Part shown: in pieces, positions 7,339 through 15,221 of the stretch
Layout of the letters: the number at the start of each line of letters is the position of its first letter
Position numbering within the stretch: position 1 is the first letter of the stretch
Assembly (NCBI GenBank): GCA_041640035.1
Contig: JBEQBC010000015.1
Location: 1-15,221 of the forward strand
DNA: 15,221 nucleotides
DNA from: Candidatus Nanohaloarchaea archaeon
GTDB lineage: Archaea > Nanohalarchaeota > Nanosalinia > Nanosalinales > Nanosalinaceae
Direction of reading: 5' to 3'
Notes under the pieces: model-generated
The model's database searches: none
Seen by the model: the letters and a program-made list of their open reading frames with translations, nothing else
What the model was told of the DNA's origin: nothing
Made by a program: the position numbers and the translations under genes

Positions 7339-7387
7339 CGAAGTATCACAGTAGATATTGGTGTGTTGGTTCTTTAAACCAGTTTTT

Positions 7388-8761
7388 TCATATATCTAGG
7401 TCTGCTACTTCTGAGGTCTGCAACGGTTCAAAGTCCTCTGAGAATATCTCTTGTATTATTTCTCCGTCACAGTCGATTTTTTGGCCTAGATAGTGTGCTA
7501 TTGTTGGTGCTACATCTGTTATGTGCTGTTTTCCAGGATTTTCTGTCTTGAAGCTAGGTCCTGTACCTGCTATGATCCCTGTTCTTCCGTGGATGAATGC
7601 CTGTGTGCGGAAATATTCTTTGCCTGCTGGCTGCATCCCTGAACCTGCGTCCTCTACGGTTTTTGCGACTAGATCGGGGAATCCTTCTTTCTTTTCGTAG
7701 AGCTCTTCTGTTTCTATGACTTCATCGATGATTTCTTCGTTCTCCAGTTTTCTCTTTATCTCTTGTTTCTTGGATTTATCGTTTAAGTTGACATCTGCAT
7801 AGGAGTTTGCGCTTCCTCTGTAACAGTAAGCATCCGAAGATTCAAAATCTATTTTATCCAGGCTTTTTGAGGTTGGTGAGAAGTCTTTACCAGTCTTTGA
7901 TGCAACTATATCGTTTATTGTCTTGAGGTAAGGCTTTAGTTTTGTGCCCGCCAGGTATGATTTTATTGAGAATATCAGACCTGATGAGGAGTTGTTTTCT
8001 TCTCCTTCCTCCATTTTTAGGTATCCTCTGTTCTTTAGCCATGTGTTGATGTAGAAGAAACGATCAACCTTTTTGAATCCGTGATCGGATACAACTAGTA
8101 CATCATCATATTCTTCCATCCTGTCGCCTAGTACTTTGTCTATCTTCCTGTATGATTCAAGCAGTTGATCAAGTGTCTGTGCTTTGTGTGAAGCCGTGTC
8201 CGTTATTTGGTATACCTCTATCCTTACATCGGGGTTTGAACCTATTTCTGAGAAAATTTCCTTCCTTTGATCAAAATTCTCATGGTAAAGATTGAATTTT
8301 TCTTTCGCTGTAGTTGCTTCCGCTTCTTCCCTGAAATCCAGTTCCTGAAGCTTTTCATCAACTTCTTCCGGGTATCCTGATGGATCGCTCACCATCGGGA
8401 AGCCTTCAACCATAACTCCGTTAATCGGCCAGATAGGAGAGTTCCCCGGAACATTAATCAAGTCATATTTTGCATCTGTCTTGTCCCATACCATCTCTCC
8501 CTTCCATTTGCTGGAGGAGGATGGTGAAAGTCCATCATCAGTATCTAGCTCGGTCATGTGATAGAATCCTAAGGTGCCGGGTTGCTGGCCTGAAAACATG
8601 GATACCCATGCTGGAAGAGTGGTAGGAGGTATAGTTGAATCCATATCGGCCAGAAAGCCTTCTGAAAGCAGTTTCTCCATGTTTGGCATCAAGCCTCTGT
8701 CGATCGCTTCGTTAATGTATTCTTTTGATGCACCATCCATGCCAAATATGAGTAAGCTCAC
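7388..8761 (-). CDS. Alkaline phosphatase superfamily protein (type I phosphodiesterase/NPP-like)
   Basis: Contains GMDGA, STIPPTTLPAWVSMFSG, TDTASH, VSDHGF, FIHGRTG and DVAPTI. GTG start with GGAGG 10 nt upstream; ends ADLDI. Confidence 0.88.
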   Translation of the reverse strand: MSLLIFGMDGASKEYINEAIDRGLMPNMEKLLSEGFLADMDSTIPPTTLPAWVSMFSGQQPGTLGFYHMTELDTDDGLSPSSSSKWKGEMVWDKTDAKYDLINVPGNSPIWPINGVMVEGFPMVSDPSGYPEEVDEKLQELDFREEAEATTAKEKFNLYHENFDQRKEIFSEIGSNPDVRIEVYQITDTASHKAQTLDQLLESYRKIDKVLGDRMEEYDDVLVVSDHGFKKVDRFFYINTWLKNRGYLKMEEGEENNSSSGLIFSIKSYLAGTKLKPYLKTINDIVASKTGKDFSPTSKSLDKIDFESSDAYCYRGSANSYADVNLNDKSKKQEIKRKLENEEIIDEVIETEELYEKKEGFPDLVAKTVEDAGSGMQPAGKEYFRTQAFIHGRTGIIAGTGPSFKTENPGKQHITDVAPTIAHYLGQKIDCDGEIIQEIFSEDFEPLQTSEVADLDI

Positions 8762-8824
8762 TATCTTTTTTCCTCCTGTAGAAAATTCATTCGATGTTAT
8801 GACTTAAATGAATATGAGTTATAT

Positions 8825-10234
8825 CTACAGATCAAGATCAGCGATATCTTCCCCTTCGCTATAGTTTGTTTCCTCAAGTATATCCTCTCTGACTTGGCCG
8901 CTGTTAGCCGATACCTGCCCATCGATAGCCTGAATAGTTGAGGCTACATCTAGAAGGTGAGCATCTTGCTGTTCATTACTGAATGCCGGTCCTTCACCCA
9001 TCCAGAGACCTTCCTTGTTGTGTACAACAGCTGAAGTGTTGTGGAACTTGTTTGTGTAAAGTTCTCCGCCTATTACAGTATTATCTTCAGCTTCTACAAT
9101 CAAATCAGGCATCTTATCAGTGAAACCGAGTTCATCAGCTTTATAGACTTCTTTAATGTACTCTTCTGTTTCGAGCTGCTGCTTGACTTCTTCTGCTTTC
9201 TCTGAACGGTTTTCGACTATGCCTTCAGGAAATCTTTCTTTATCGTGTATCCAGATGGCTCCGAAGTTTGAGACTGCGGACAGGTTGGAGAAGGCTTCGG
9301 TTTGAGAAAATTCTATACCGTCCATTATGCCGCTCTTGCCTGGCTGGAGATCTTTCCCAGTGTTTGACTCTATCAAGTTCTTGGTTTTTTTCATGAAAGG
9401 TTTAAGACCTAGTTTCAGGCCAATCTGTACAGCTCTATCCATCAAGGTTTTGGAAACTGCTTCCTCACTTTCTTTGTACTTTGTATATCCTTTTTCTCTC
9501 AGCCAGGCGTTCATGTAGAGCTTTCTACCGGTATTACCCGAGCCATGATCTGAAGTAACCATCAGGTTCCAGTTATTTTTGTTACAGAGTTCCCTGAATT
9601 TTCCAAGCGCTTCATCCGCTTTCAGGTATGCTTTTTTCATCTCTGACTCTTCATCGACATCGTGCATGTATGTGTCGATTATTCTGAATACTGAGAACGC
9701 TCTTTCGAACTCTCTGTTTTCCAGCAGCCATTTGAATATCTTCACATTCTGTTCAAAGTTGTAGCCGGCTACTTCCTGTTTACCGCCCTCATTGAGAGCT
9801 TTGAAATCGAAATCTAGTTCTTCTTTGATTTCCTGTTCGAGCTCCTCTGACTGGAACTCTATCTCCTCTGCTTTCATGAAGCCAGATATCATATCGCTGT
9901 TTATTTCATAGCCTGGCGTGGTCCCTGGAACTCTGAAGCTTATCGTTTTCTTATCGCTGTCGATTATTGATTTGCCTTTGAAGAAGCTTGAGTTAACTGG
10001 TGTGATTTCATAATTTTCGAAGTCTAGGTTACCGAAGTCCCATGCCTCGAACTCTCCTGGTTTCTTGCCTGACAGCATGCACATCCATGCCGGTACTGTG
10101 ATAGGTGGCTTGATACTTTCCAGTTCTCCATGGAAGCCGTTATCCATTATTGCCTGAAAGTTAGGGAGATCTTTCTTCCATTTTTCGACTAGTTCTGGGT
10201 CGGCTCCGTCTAGGCCTATCATTACTGTCGGCAT
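8825..10234 (-). CDS. Alkaline phosphatase superfamily protein (type I phosphodiesterase/NPP-like)
   Basis: Contains GLDGA, PPITVPAWMCMLSG, IDTYMH, TSDHG and VHNKEG; ends ADLDL. Start moved to ATG 10234 (MPTVMIGLDG) by alignment with the paralogs; the longer ORF overlaps the flippase. Confidence 0.88.
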   Translation of the reverse strand: MPTVMIGLDGADPELVEKWKKDLPNFQAIMDNGFHGELESIKPPITVPAWMCMLSGKKPGEFEAWDFGNLDFENYEITPVNSSFFKGKSIIDSDKKTISFRVPGTTPGYEINSDMISGFMKAEEIEFQSEELEQEIKEELDFDFKALNEGGKQEVAGYNFEQNVKIFKWLLENREFERAFSVFRIIDTYMHDVDEESEMKKAYLKADEALGKFRELCNKNNWNLMVTSDHGSGNTGRKLYMNAWLREKGYTKYKESEEAVSKTLMDRAVQIGLKLGLKPFMKKTKNLIESNTGKDLQPGKSGIMDGIEFSQTEAFSNLSAVSNFGAIWIHDKERFPEGIVENRSEKAEEVKQQLETEEYIKEVYKADELGFTDKMPDLIVEAEDNTVIGGELYTNKFHNTSAVVHNKEGLWMGEGPAFSNEQQDAHLLDVASTIQAIDGQVSANSGQVREDILEETNYSEGEDIADLDL

Positions 10235-10257
10235 ATGAGAGGAAGGTGTTTTAATCG

Positions 10258-10266
10258 CTTTTATAC
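10258..10266. promoter_or_regulatory. Bidirectional TATA element between the AlkP and flippase genes
   Basis: CTTTTATAC is centred at 10262, exactly midway between the divergent ATGs at 10234 and 10290 (24-31 nt from each). Confidence 0.6.
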
Positions 10267-10289
10267 CTTCGATTAACTGAAATGGATAT

Positions 10290-11852
10290 ATGGCCTCGGA
10301 AGAAAAGGAAAACGCCATAAAGTCGATCTTCAAGGGCGGCACCATTGTTTTCCTTGGAGTGATAGCCTCGAAGTTCATGGGTCTGGGCTACCGCGTACTT
10401 GTAGGTAGATACCTTGGTCCCGCGGATTACGGAGTGATATCTGTCATGATGGCTGTTTTCTCGGTTTCGACTACTTTGGTGTACATCGGGCTTCCTAACG
10501 GCATACAGAGGTATATATCGTACTATCTGGAACAAGATGATAGGGAGTCTGCGCGAGGAACTGTTAGAACCGGTTTCAAGCTTTTGACAGCTACTTCAGT
10601 TATTGGCGGCATAATATTATTTGCTATAGCTCCATGGCTTTCTAACACGGTTTTTAATGAGCCTAAGGCGATTTGGCCGATCCGTATGATGGCGGTTATT
10701 CTTCCTTTCCGTGCTTACACGCTGATATTCACCCGTATAACGAATGCTTTTGAGAAGATGCAGTATCAGGTTATTACGGGCCGTATTTATGCGAATTTTT
10801 CCAAGATGCTGGTTGCAGCGATACTCGTAGGTCTTGGAACCGGTTATATGGGTGCGGCAGCAGGTTACGCGTTTGGATTTGGTTCAGCTGCTTTTGTAGG
10901 AGGTTACTTTGCATACAAGGTCTTTCCAGATGCATTTTCGCTTTCAAAGCCGGTAACACATAATTATAGCGAGCTTTTCCATCATTCTTTTCCTCTTATG
11001 GCGGCCGGGCTTTTCGGAATAATAACAGGTCACATCGATACCTTCATGCTTCAGATTTTCCGTGACTCTACTCAGGTCGGGATCTATCAGGCAGCCTATC
11101 CTTTCGCCATGTTGATGACTACTGGTCTTTCTATGTTTAGCAGCATATTTCTCTCTAATGCCTCTAAATTAGCATCTCAAGGTAACGAAGGTGATCTTGT
11201 TTCCACATACAGAACCGTTATCAAATGGGTGTCGATCGTTACTGTACCGGTCTTCCTGATTATATTTGCCTTCCCTAAAACAGCGCTTATAGTGTATGGA
11301 GCAGAATACTACAGCGCTACAAATGTATTGAGAGTTCTATTAGTCGGATTTATGTTAAGTGCGTTGATAGGTCCTGCCAGCAATATCTATCAGGCCTATG
11401 ATCGGACAAAACTTAATCTTGTAGCCTCCATAATAATTGCTACGGTTAATGCTGGCATAAACTATGTTTTAATACCTCAGAACACCTGGTACGGTGGTCC
11501 TATGGGTGCTGCTATCGCGTCAACTATCGCTTTTGCGGCAGTATTCATTTTCCATTTCGGAACTCTTTACCGAATTCTTGGCGGACAGCCTTTCCGTTTC
11601 TCGCTTTTGAAGATCTGGGTTTCAGGATTGGTAAGTATAGGGGTAGTTTACGGCATTTCCAACCTTCTGTTCAATATTACTCCTGTATGGTTCTTCGCAG
11701 TGAATCTAGGCATATTTGGTGCAATCTATGGAGTGCTTTTACTTGTAAGCAGAACTATAGAGGAGGAAGACTTAGTGGTGCTGCGTGCATTGAGAGATAA
11801 AACAGGTCTGGAACTTGGATTTGTTGAGAAAATCGTGAGAAAGTTCAGTTAG
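10290..11852 (+). CDS. Oligosaccharide flippase (MOP superfamily, Wzx/AglR-like)
   Basis: About 14 TM helices, with RYLGPADYG, GLPNGIQRYIS, ELFHHSFPL, IDTFML....STQVGIYQAA and NYVLIP...GPMGAAIAS. Confidence 0.9.
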   Translation: MASEEKENAIKSIFKGGTIVFLGVIASKFMGLGYRVLVGRYLGPADYGVISVMMAVFSVSTTLVYIGLPNGIQRYISYYLEQDDRESARGTVRTGFKLLTATSVIGGIILFAIAPWLSNTVFNEPKAIWPIRMMAVILPFRAYTLIFTRITNAFEKMQYQVITGRIYANFSKMLVAAILVGLGTGYMGAAAGYAFGFGSAAFVGGYFAYKVFPDAFSLSKPVTHNYSELFHHSFPLMAAGLFGIITGHIDTFMLQIFRDSTQVGIYQAAYPFAMLMTTGLSMFSSIFLSNASKLASQGNEGDLVSTYRTVIKWVSIVTVPVFLIIFAFPKTALIVYGAEYYSATNVLRVLLVGFMLSALIGPASNIYQAYDRTKLNLVASIIIATVNAGINYVLIPQNTWYGGPMGAAIASTIAFAAVFIFHFGTLYRILGGQPFRFSLLKIWVSGLVSIGVVYGISNLLFNITPVWFFAVNLGIFGAIYGVLLLVSRTIEEEDLVVLRALRDKTGLELGFVEKIVRKFS

Positions 11853-12439
11853 TCTTTTTCCTTTTCTATCACTATGAACTTGGTCATAGGAAGTATTTTC
11901 GGAAAGTTGGCTGTATCCAGGACATTATACTGTTGGAAGTGGCTTATATCTACGATATTGAGGTGCAGATTCTCTTTCTTCAGTTCTTTCTGACGCCATC
12001 TAAGTAGAATGGACATAACGCCCTGTGGTTTCACATCAAATATGATTCTGCCACCTGGTTTACACACTCTGTGCATCTCTTCTACTGCTTTTTCCCAGTT
12101 ATCGATGTGCATGAGTAGCCGGGTTGAGATCACATTGTCGAAGGAGTTGTCTTCGAAAGGTAGTTCTTTGGCATCGCCTTGAATGTACTCGTTGTCGGGA
12201 TGTTTTTCTCTTGCTTTTTCCAGCATTGGTTCTGAGAAATCTATACCGGTGTAGTTCTGTATGAAGCCGAATCGTGATGTTCCGCATCCTACATCGAGTA
12301 CTGAGCCTGGCCGGATCCATCTGGTGACGCATCCTCTTTCGAATATATCGAAGTATTTTTTCCGCCAGTTGCTGTCTTGGAACCTGTTTTCATCGTATTC
12401 TTCTGCTATTTCTTCTTTCTGATAATGTTCAGGATCCAT
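11849..12439 (-). CDS. Class I SAM-dependent methyltransferase
   Basis: Contains VLDVGCGT, GIDFSEPML, GDAKELPFEDNSFD and EMHRVCKPGG. Confidence 0.92.
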   Translation of the reverse strand: MDPEHYQKEEIAEEYDENRFQDSNWRKKYFDIFERGCVTRWIRPGSVLDVGCGTSRFGFIQNYTGIDFSEPMLEKAREKHPDNEYIQGDAKELPFEDNSFDNVISTRLLMHIDNWEKAVEEMHRVCKPGGRIIFDVKPQGVMSILLRWRQKELKKENLHLNIVDISHFQQYNVLDTANFPKILPMTKFIVIEKEKD

Positions 12440-13496
12440 CGATAACTCCTCTGTATTCTTCTATGTATTTTTCTGTTATATAATCCCAGCTGTAGTTTGA
12501 TTCTATTGTCTCTCTTGCCTTTTCAGACATCGTGTCAAACTCTTGCTGTTCAAGTTGGCAGATTCTTTCAGCGAGTTCTTTCTCTTCTCCGTACCTGAAA
12601 AGCAAGCCATTTTTCCCATCTTCAATCAGTTCGCGAAAGTCAGGTATCTCTGTGCAGCAGACTATTCTTCCGCAGGACATCGCTTCGAGCGTTATGATCG
12701 GAGGAGAAGTGACTCCTGAACTATCTTTGATCGGGTTTAAGAGGATATCTGCACTGTTGTAGAACTCCGGCAGGTCTTCTATAAACCCTCTTACCTCTGT
12801 TATATCTTCCAAACCTTCTTCCATTATCTTTTCACGGGCTCTCTCCTTTTGATTATTTCTCTCGCGGACAGCTACTAATAAATTGACAGGTTTTTTCTCT
12901 CTAAGATTTTTCACAGTTTTAATCGCTGATAGGAATCCTCTTTTTTCATTTGGAGCTCCCATGTACAGCACATCCAAATCTTCATTCTTTCCTGGTTTTT
13001 CTCTTATATTGTAGTTTTCTGTGTCTATGCCGTACGGTATTACATCTTCCGCCGGAGATCTTTCTCTTATTTCATTGGAGGTGGCTACCACTTTCTGTCT
13101 AGATAACAGACGCCACAGTTTTTCTTCCTTACTTGAAGATCTGTATGCCGGAATAGTCCATAGAGAGTTAGAGGTTAGTTTAGATGCGTAAAGCGCCATC
13201 TTTGCTGACGAAGTATGGACATGTACCAGATCGACACCCTCTTCACGCATCAATTGACGGTTCTGGAAAAAGTTAGTCGCCTTGATCGGCCTCCTTACAA
13301 TCCGGACACCTTCGTAGATTTCCTCGCGCGGTAGATTATCCTCCTTGCTATTACTATCTCTTGTAAAGACAAATGCCTCATCCAACTTTTCATCGAGCTT
13401 CTTGGCGAGATTAACCGCTGATTTACCTGTGCCTTCATCAAGAGGTGTTCTCAGCTCTCCAACCAGAACCGCCACCTTCAAATCTTCTGCATTCAT
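12429..13496 (-). CDS. Glycosyltransferase family 4 (GT-B)
   Basis: Contains DLVHVH, IPYGID, YMG....KRG, FYNSADI, LEAMSCG, ELIEDGKNGLLF and NYSWD. Confidence 0.92.
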   Translation of the reverse strand: MNAEDLKVAVLVGELRTPLDEGTGKSAVNLAKKLDEKLDEAFVFTRDSNSKEDNLPREEIYEGVRIVRRPIKATNFFQNRQLMREEGVDLVHVHTSSAKMALYASKLTSNSLWTIPAYRSSSKEEKLWRLLSRQKVVATSNEIRERSPAEDVIPYGIDTENYNIREKPGKNEDLDVLYMGAPNEKRGFLSAIKTVKNLREKKPVNLLVAVRERNNQKERAREKIMEEGLEDITEVRGFIEDLPEFYNSADILLNPIKDSSGVTSPPIITLEAMSCGRIVCCTEIPDFRELIEDGKNGLLFRYGEEKELAERICQLEQQEFDTMSEKARETIESNYSWDYITEKYIEEYRGVIDGS

Positions 13497-13508
13497 TTTT
13501 AATCCCTC

Positions 13509-14957
13509 CTATACATCTAGATCTCCTGTAAAATCGTAGGAAACCTCTTTTTCATTTCTCTGAATTCCGTTCAATACCTCGCCTTCCATATAATCAGGGA
13601 TATCTATACCCATCAAGTGAAGAAGAGTAGGGGCTATATCGATAATTTCAGCATCTACACGCTCACCTTCAACTATACCATCGCCTATAGCACCGAAAAT
13701 ACCGGTGTAGCTATGATAGGCATTGTCAGGTTCGTCAAAGTAACCCTCATCGACTTCTCCCAGTATAAACTCTTTATTCAGTTTGCCTGTCAATTTTGGA
13801 CCTCTTCCTCTGTAATCATCTTCATCTTTGAACTCAAAGCTGTCAAAAACCTTTTCTCCATCAGGGCCAGAAAGTTGCTCGAGCTCTTCCTTCAGCTCAT
13901 GAAGTTTTTCCTCGTCATCAGTGTAGTCAAAGATTAAAGCTGCGCCCATACCTGTGGAGAGGAATTCTGTTTTCGCCAGGTCGATTTTACCATCTTTAAT
14001 TTGATGCGCCATGCCGCTTCTTCCATCAGGCACTGCTTCCTGAACATTTTCCGGCACGAAACGCTTTACAACATCTCTAAGACCTAGTTTATTTACTAAA
14101 TCAGACATATTACTCTTTGTGAAACCCAGATTTTCGAGAAAACTTCTATTATCATTTGTGCTCTGATATCCGTTATCTCTTAGCCATTTATTGATATCAA
14201 ATGTGTATTCGGACATCACCATCCCGTGATCTGACATCAGTAATACCTGATAGCCTTCATCGGTTAGTTCTCCGACTAAATGGCTTAGATAAGAGTCTAC
14301 ATCCTTGAATAAATCCTCTACCTCTTGCTGCTGTGGATCCCAGTAGAAGTGAGTCAGTATATCAGTTATCCTTAGTACTGAAACGAAGAGATCCCAGTCC
14401 TCTCTATTTTTGAGATCTTTTAGAGCTTTTTTTCTTTTATCGTAGACCCTGTATATCTCATCGAGAAAATCCTCATCTTTAAGCGAGTATAATCCTTGAG
14501 CCTCTATTTCGTAGTCATGTTCCTCAAGTAACTCTTCCTTCAGATCTTCAGGATATGTGAAATCGCTATTCTCTGAGGGTGTTGTCATTCCTGAAACCAT
14601 AACCCCGTTCACTTCGTGCGGAGGATATGTGACAGGCACATTAGCCACGCATGTACTCTTCCCGTTCTTTGATGCGACTTCCCAGAAACGCTCATCTTTG
14701 ATATAGCTTCCATTAATGTAATGTACCGAATTATCATCGATAAGTTCAAAACCATAGATACCATGGCTCTCCGGCTTCTTACCTGTCATGAACGACGGCC
14801 ATGCAGAAGCAGTCACCGGCGGAGTAGTCGTCTCAAGCTCTCCCCAGACGCCTTCTTCCTTCAGTTTCTGGAAGAACGGCAGCTTTCCTTCCGCTATCAA
14901 TGGATCAAGTATCCTCCAGGTTGCTCCATCCAGACCGATTACTGCGACCTTGCTCAT
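13509..14957 (-). CDS. Alkaline phosphatase superfamily protein (type I phosphodiesterase/NPP-like)
   Basis: Contains GLDGATW, TTPPVTASAWPSFMTG, TDILTH, MSDHG, AYHSYTG and DIAPTLL; ends GDLDV. Confidence 0.9.
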   Translation of the reverse strand: MSKVAVIGLDGATWRILDPLIAEGKLPFFQKLKEEGVWGELETTTPPVTASAWPSFMTGKKPESHGIYGFELIDDNSVHYINGSYIKDERFWEVASKNGKSTCVANVPVTYPPHEVNGVMVSGMTTPSENSDFTYPEDLKEELLEEHDYEIEAQGLYSLKDEDFLDEIYRVYDKRKKALKDLKNREDWDLFVSVLRITDILTHFYWDPQQQEVEDLFKDVDSYLSHLVGELTDEGYQVLLMSDHGMVMSEYTFDINKWLRDNGYQSTNDNRSFLENLGFTKSNMSDLVNKLGLRDVVKRFVPENVQEAVPDGRSGMAHQIKDGKIDLAKTEFLSTGMGAALIFDYTDDEEKLHELKEELEQLSGPDGEKVFDSFEFKDEDDYRGRGPKLTGKLNKEFILGEVDEGYFDEPDNAYHSYTGIFGAIGDGIVEGERVDAEIIDIAPTLLHLMGIDIPDYMEGEVLNGIQRNEKEVSYDFTGDLDV

Positions 14958-14966
14958 CTAGTACAC

Positions 14967-15221
14967 CTATATATCAAGGTCGTCTACAGCTTTATCCATT
15001 TTGGCTTCAGAACCGTCAGCGAAAATCTCATTTCTTACCTGTCCATCTACATCTGATGGAATCTGAACATCGTAATAGTTGAGAATTGTCGGCATAAGAT
15101 CGTAGATGCTGATGTCCTTCTCGCCTTCAGTAAATTCAGGTCCGTATGCAGCATAGATCCCTTCCTGTCGATGATTGGCTATCCAAGAACTTGCACCGCA
15201 CTCTTCGTCGATTACTTTATC
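14967..15221 (-). CDS. C-terminal part of a fifth alkaline phosphatase superfamily protein (5' partial, absent from the ORF track)
   Basis: Manual translation gives DKVIDEECGASSWIANHRQEGIYAAYGPEFTEGEKDISIYDLMPTILNYYDVQIPSDVDGQVRNEIFADGSEAKMDKAVDDLDI*. This aligns with the paralog C-termini (H...G....GP, D..PT.L, DG.V). Confidence 0.85.
   Translation of the reverse strand, partial: DKVIDEECGASSWIANHRQEGIYAAYGPEFTEGEKDISIYDLMPTILNYYDVQIPSDVDGQVRNEIFADGSEAKMDKAVDDLDI

Noticed and set aside
8785-8813. Inverted repeat ATTCATT-N15-AATGAAT upstream of the AlkP gene at 8761 (also TGGTT-N5-AACCA at 7367-7381)
   Set aside because: The arms are short and AT-rich in AT-rich intergenic DNA, and neither repeat recurs elsewhere, so they cannot be told from chance.
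10235-10378. 48-aa N-terminal extension of the AlkP ORF (start at 10378)
   Set aside because: It overlaps the flippase on the opposite strand. The paralogs start just before GxDG, and the TATA spacing supports 10234.
7388-14957. AlkP paralogs as formylglycine-dependent arylsulfatases
   Set aside because: They lack the C/S-x-P-x-R signature and instead have the NPP-type PPxT..AW motif.
1088-15082. Many short antisense or alternate-frame ORFs (for example 1686-2144, 3264-3617, 4601-4930, 5149-5484, 5341-5622, 6686-7057, 13617-13937, 14721-15056)
   Set aside because: They lie over well-supported genes, are mostly Ser/Phe/Leu- or Arg-rich shadows of acidic coding sequence, and show no recognisable motifs.
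1-15221. CRISPR arrays, tRNA/rRNA genes, IS elements or integrases
   Set aside because: No regularly spaced repeats, no intergenic gap long enough for a structured RNA (all are under 80 bp), and no transposase or recombinase motifs were seen.

Overview
This is a gene-dense archaeal window with no RNA genes, CRISPR arrays or mobile elements. The very acidic soluble proteins, moderate GC, tiny or overlapping intergenic spaces and TATA boxes 24-33 nt upstream of start codons point to a streamlined halophile, most likely Nanohaloarchaeota (inference). It encodes a surface-glycan biosynthesis and modification locus: a polyprenyl-phosphate HexNAc-1-P transferase, a cupin, an NDP-sugar epimerase, a PfkB kinase, a HAD phosphatase, a flippase, a GT4 glycosyltransferase and a SAM methyltransferase. 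At its centre is an unusual module made of a CysD-like sulfate adenylyltransferase, five cytoplasmic alkaline-phosphatase/NPP-superfamily (AlkP) paralogs and two small ribbon-helix-helix (RHH) proteins. Two C-terminal peptide tags divide the module. LxxLGY ends CysD and both small proteins, while DLD[ILV]-stop ends all four long AlkP paralogs. The window also holds an RHH fused to a catalytically degenerate sugar nucleotidyltransferase and a pfkB gene that appears to need a non-canonical start codon.
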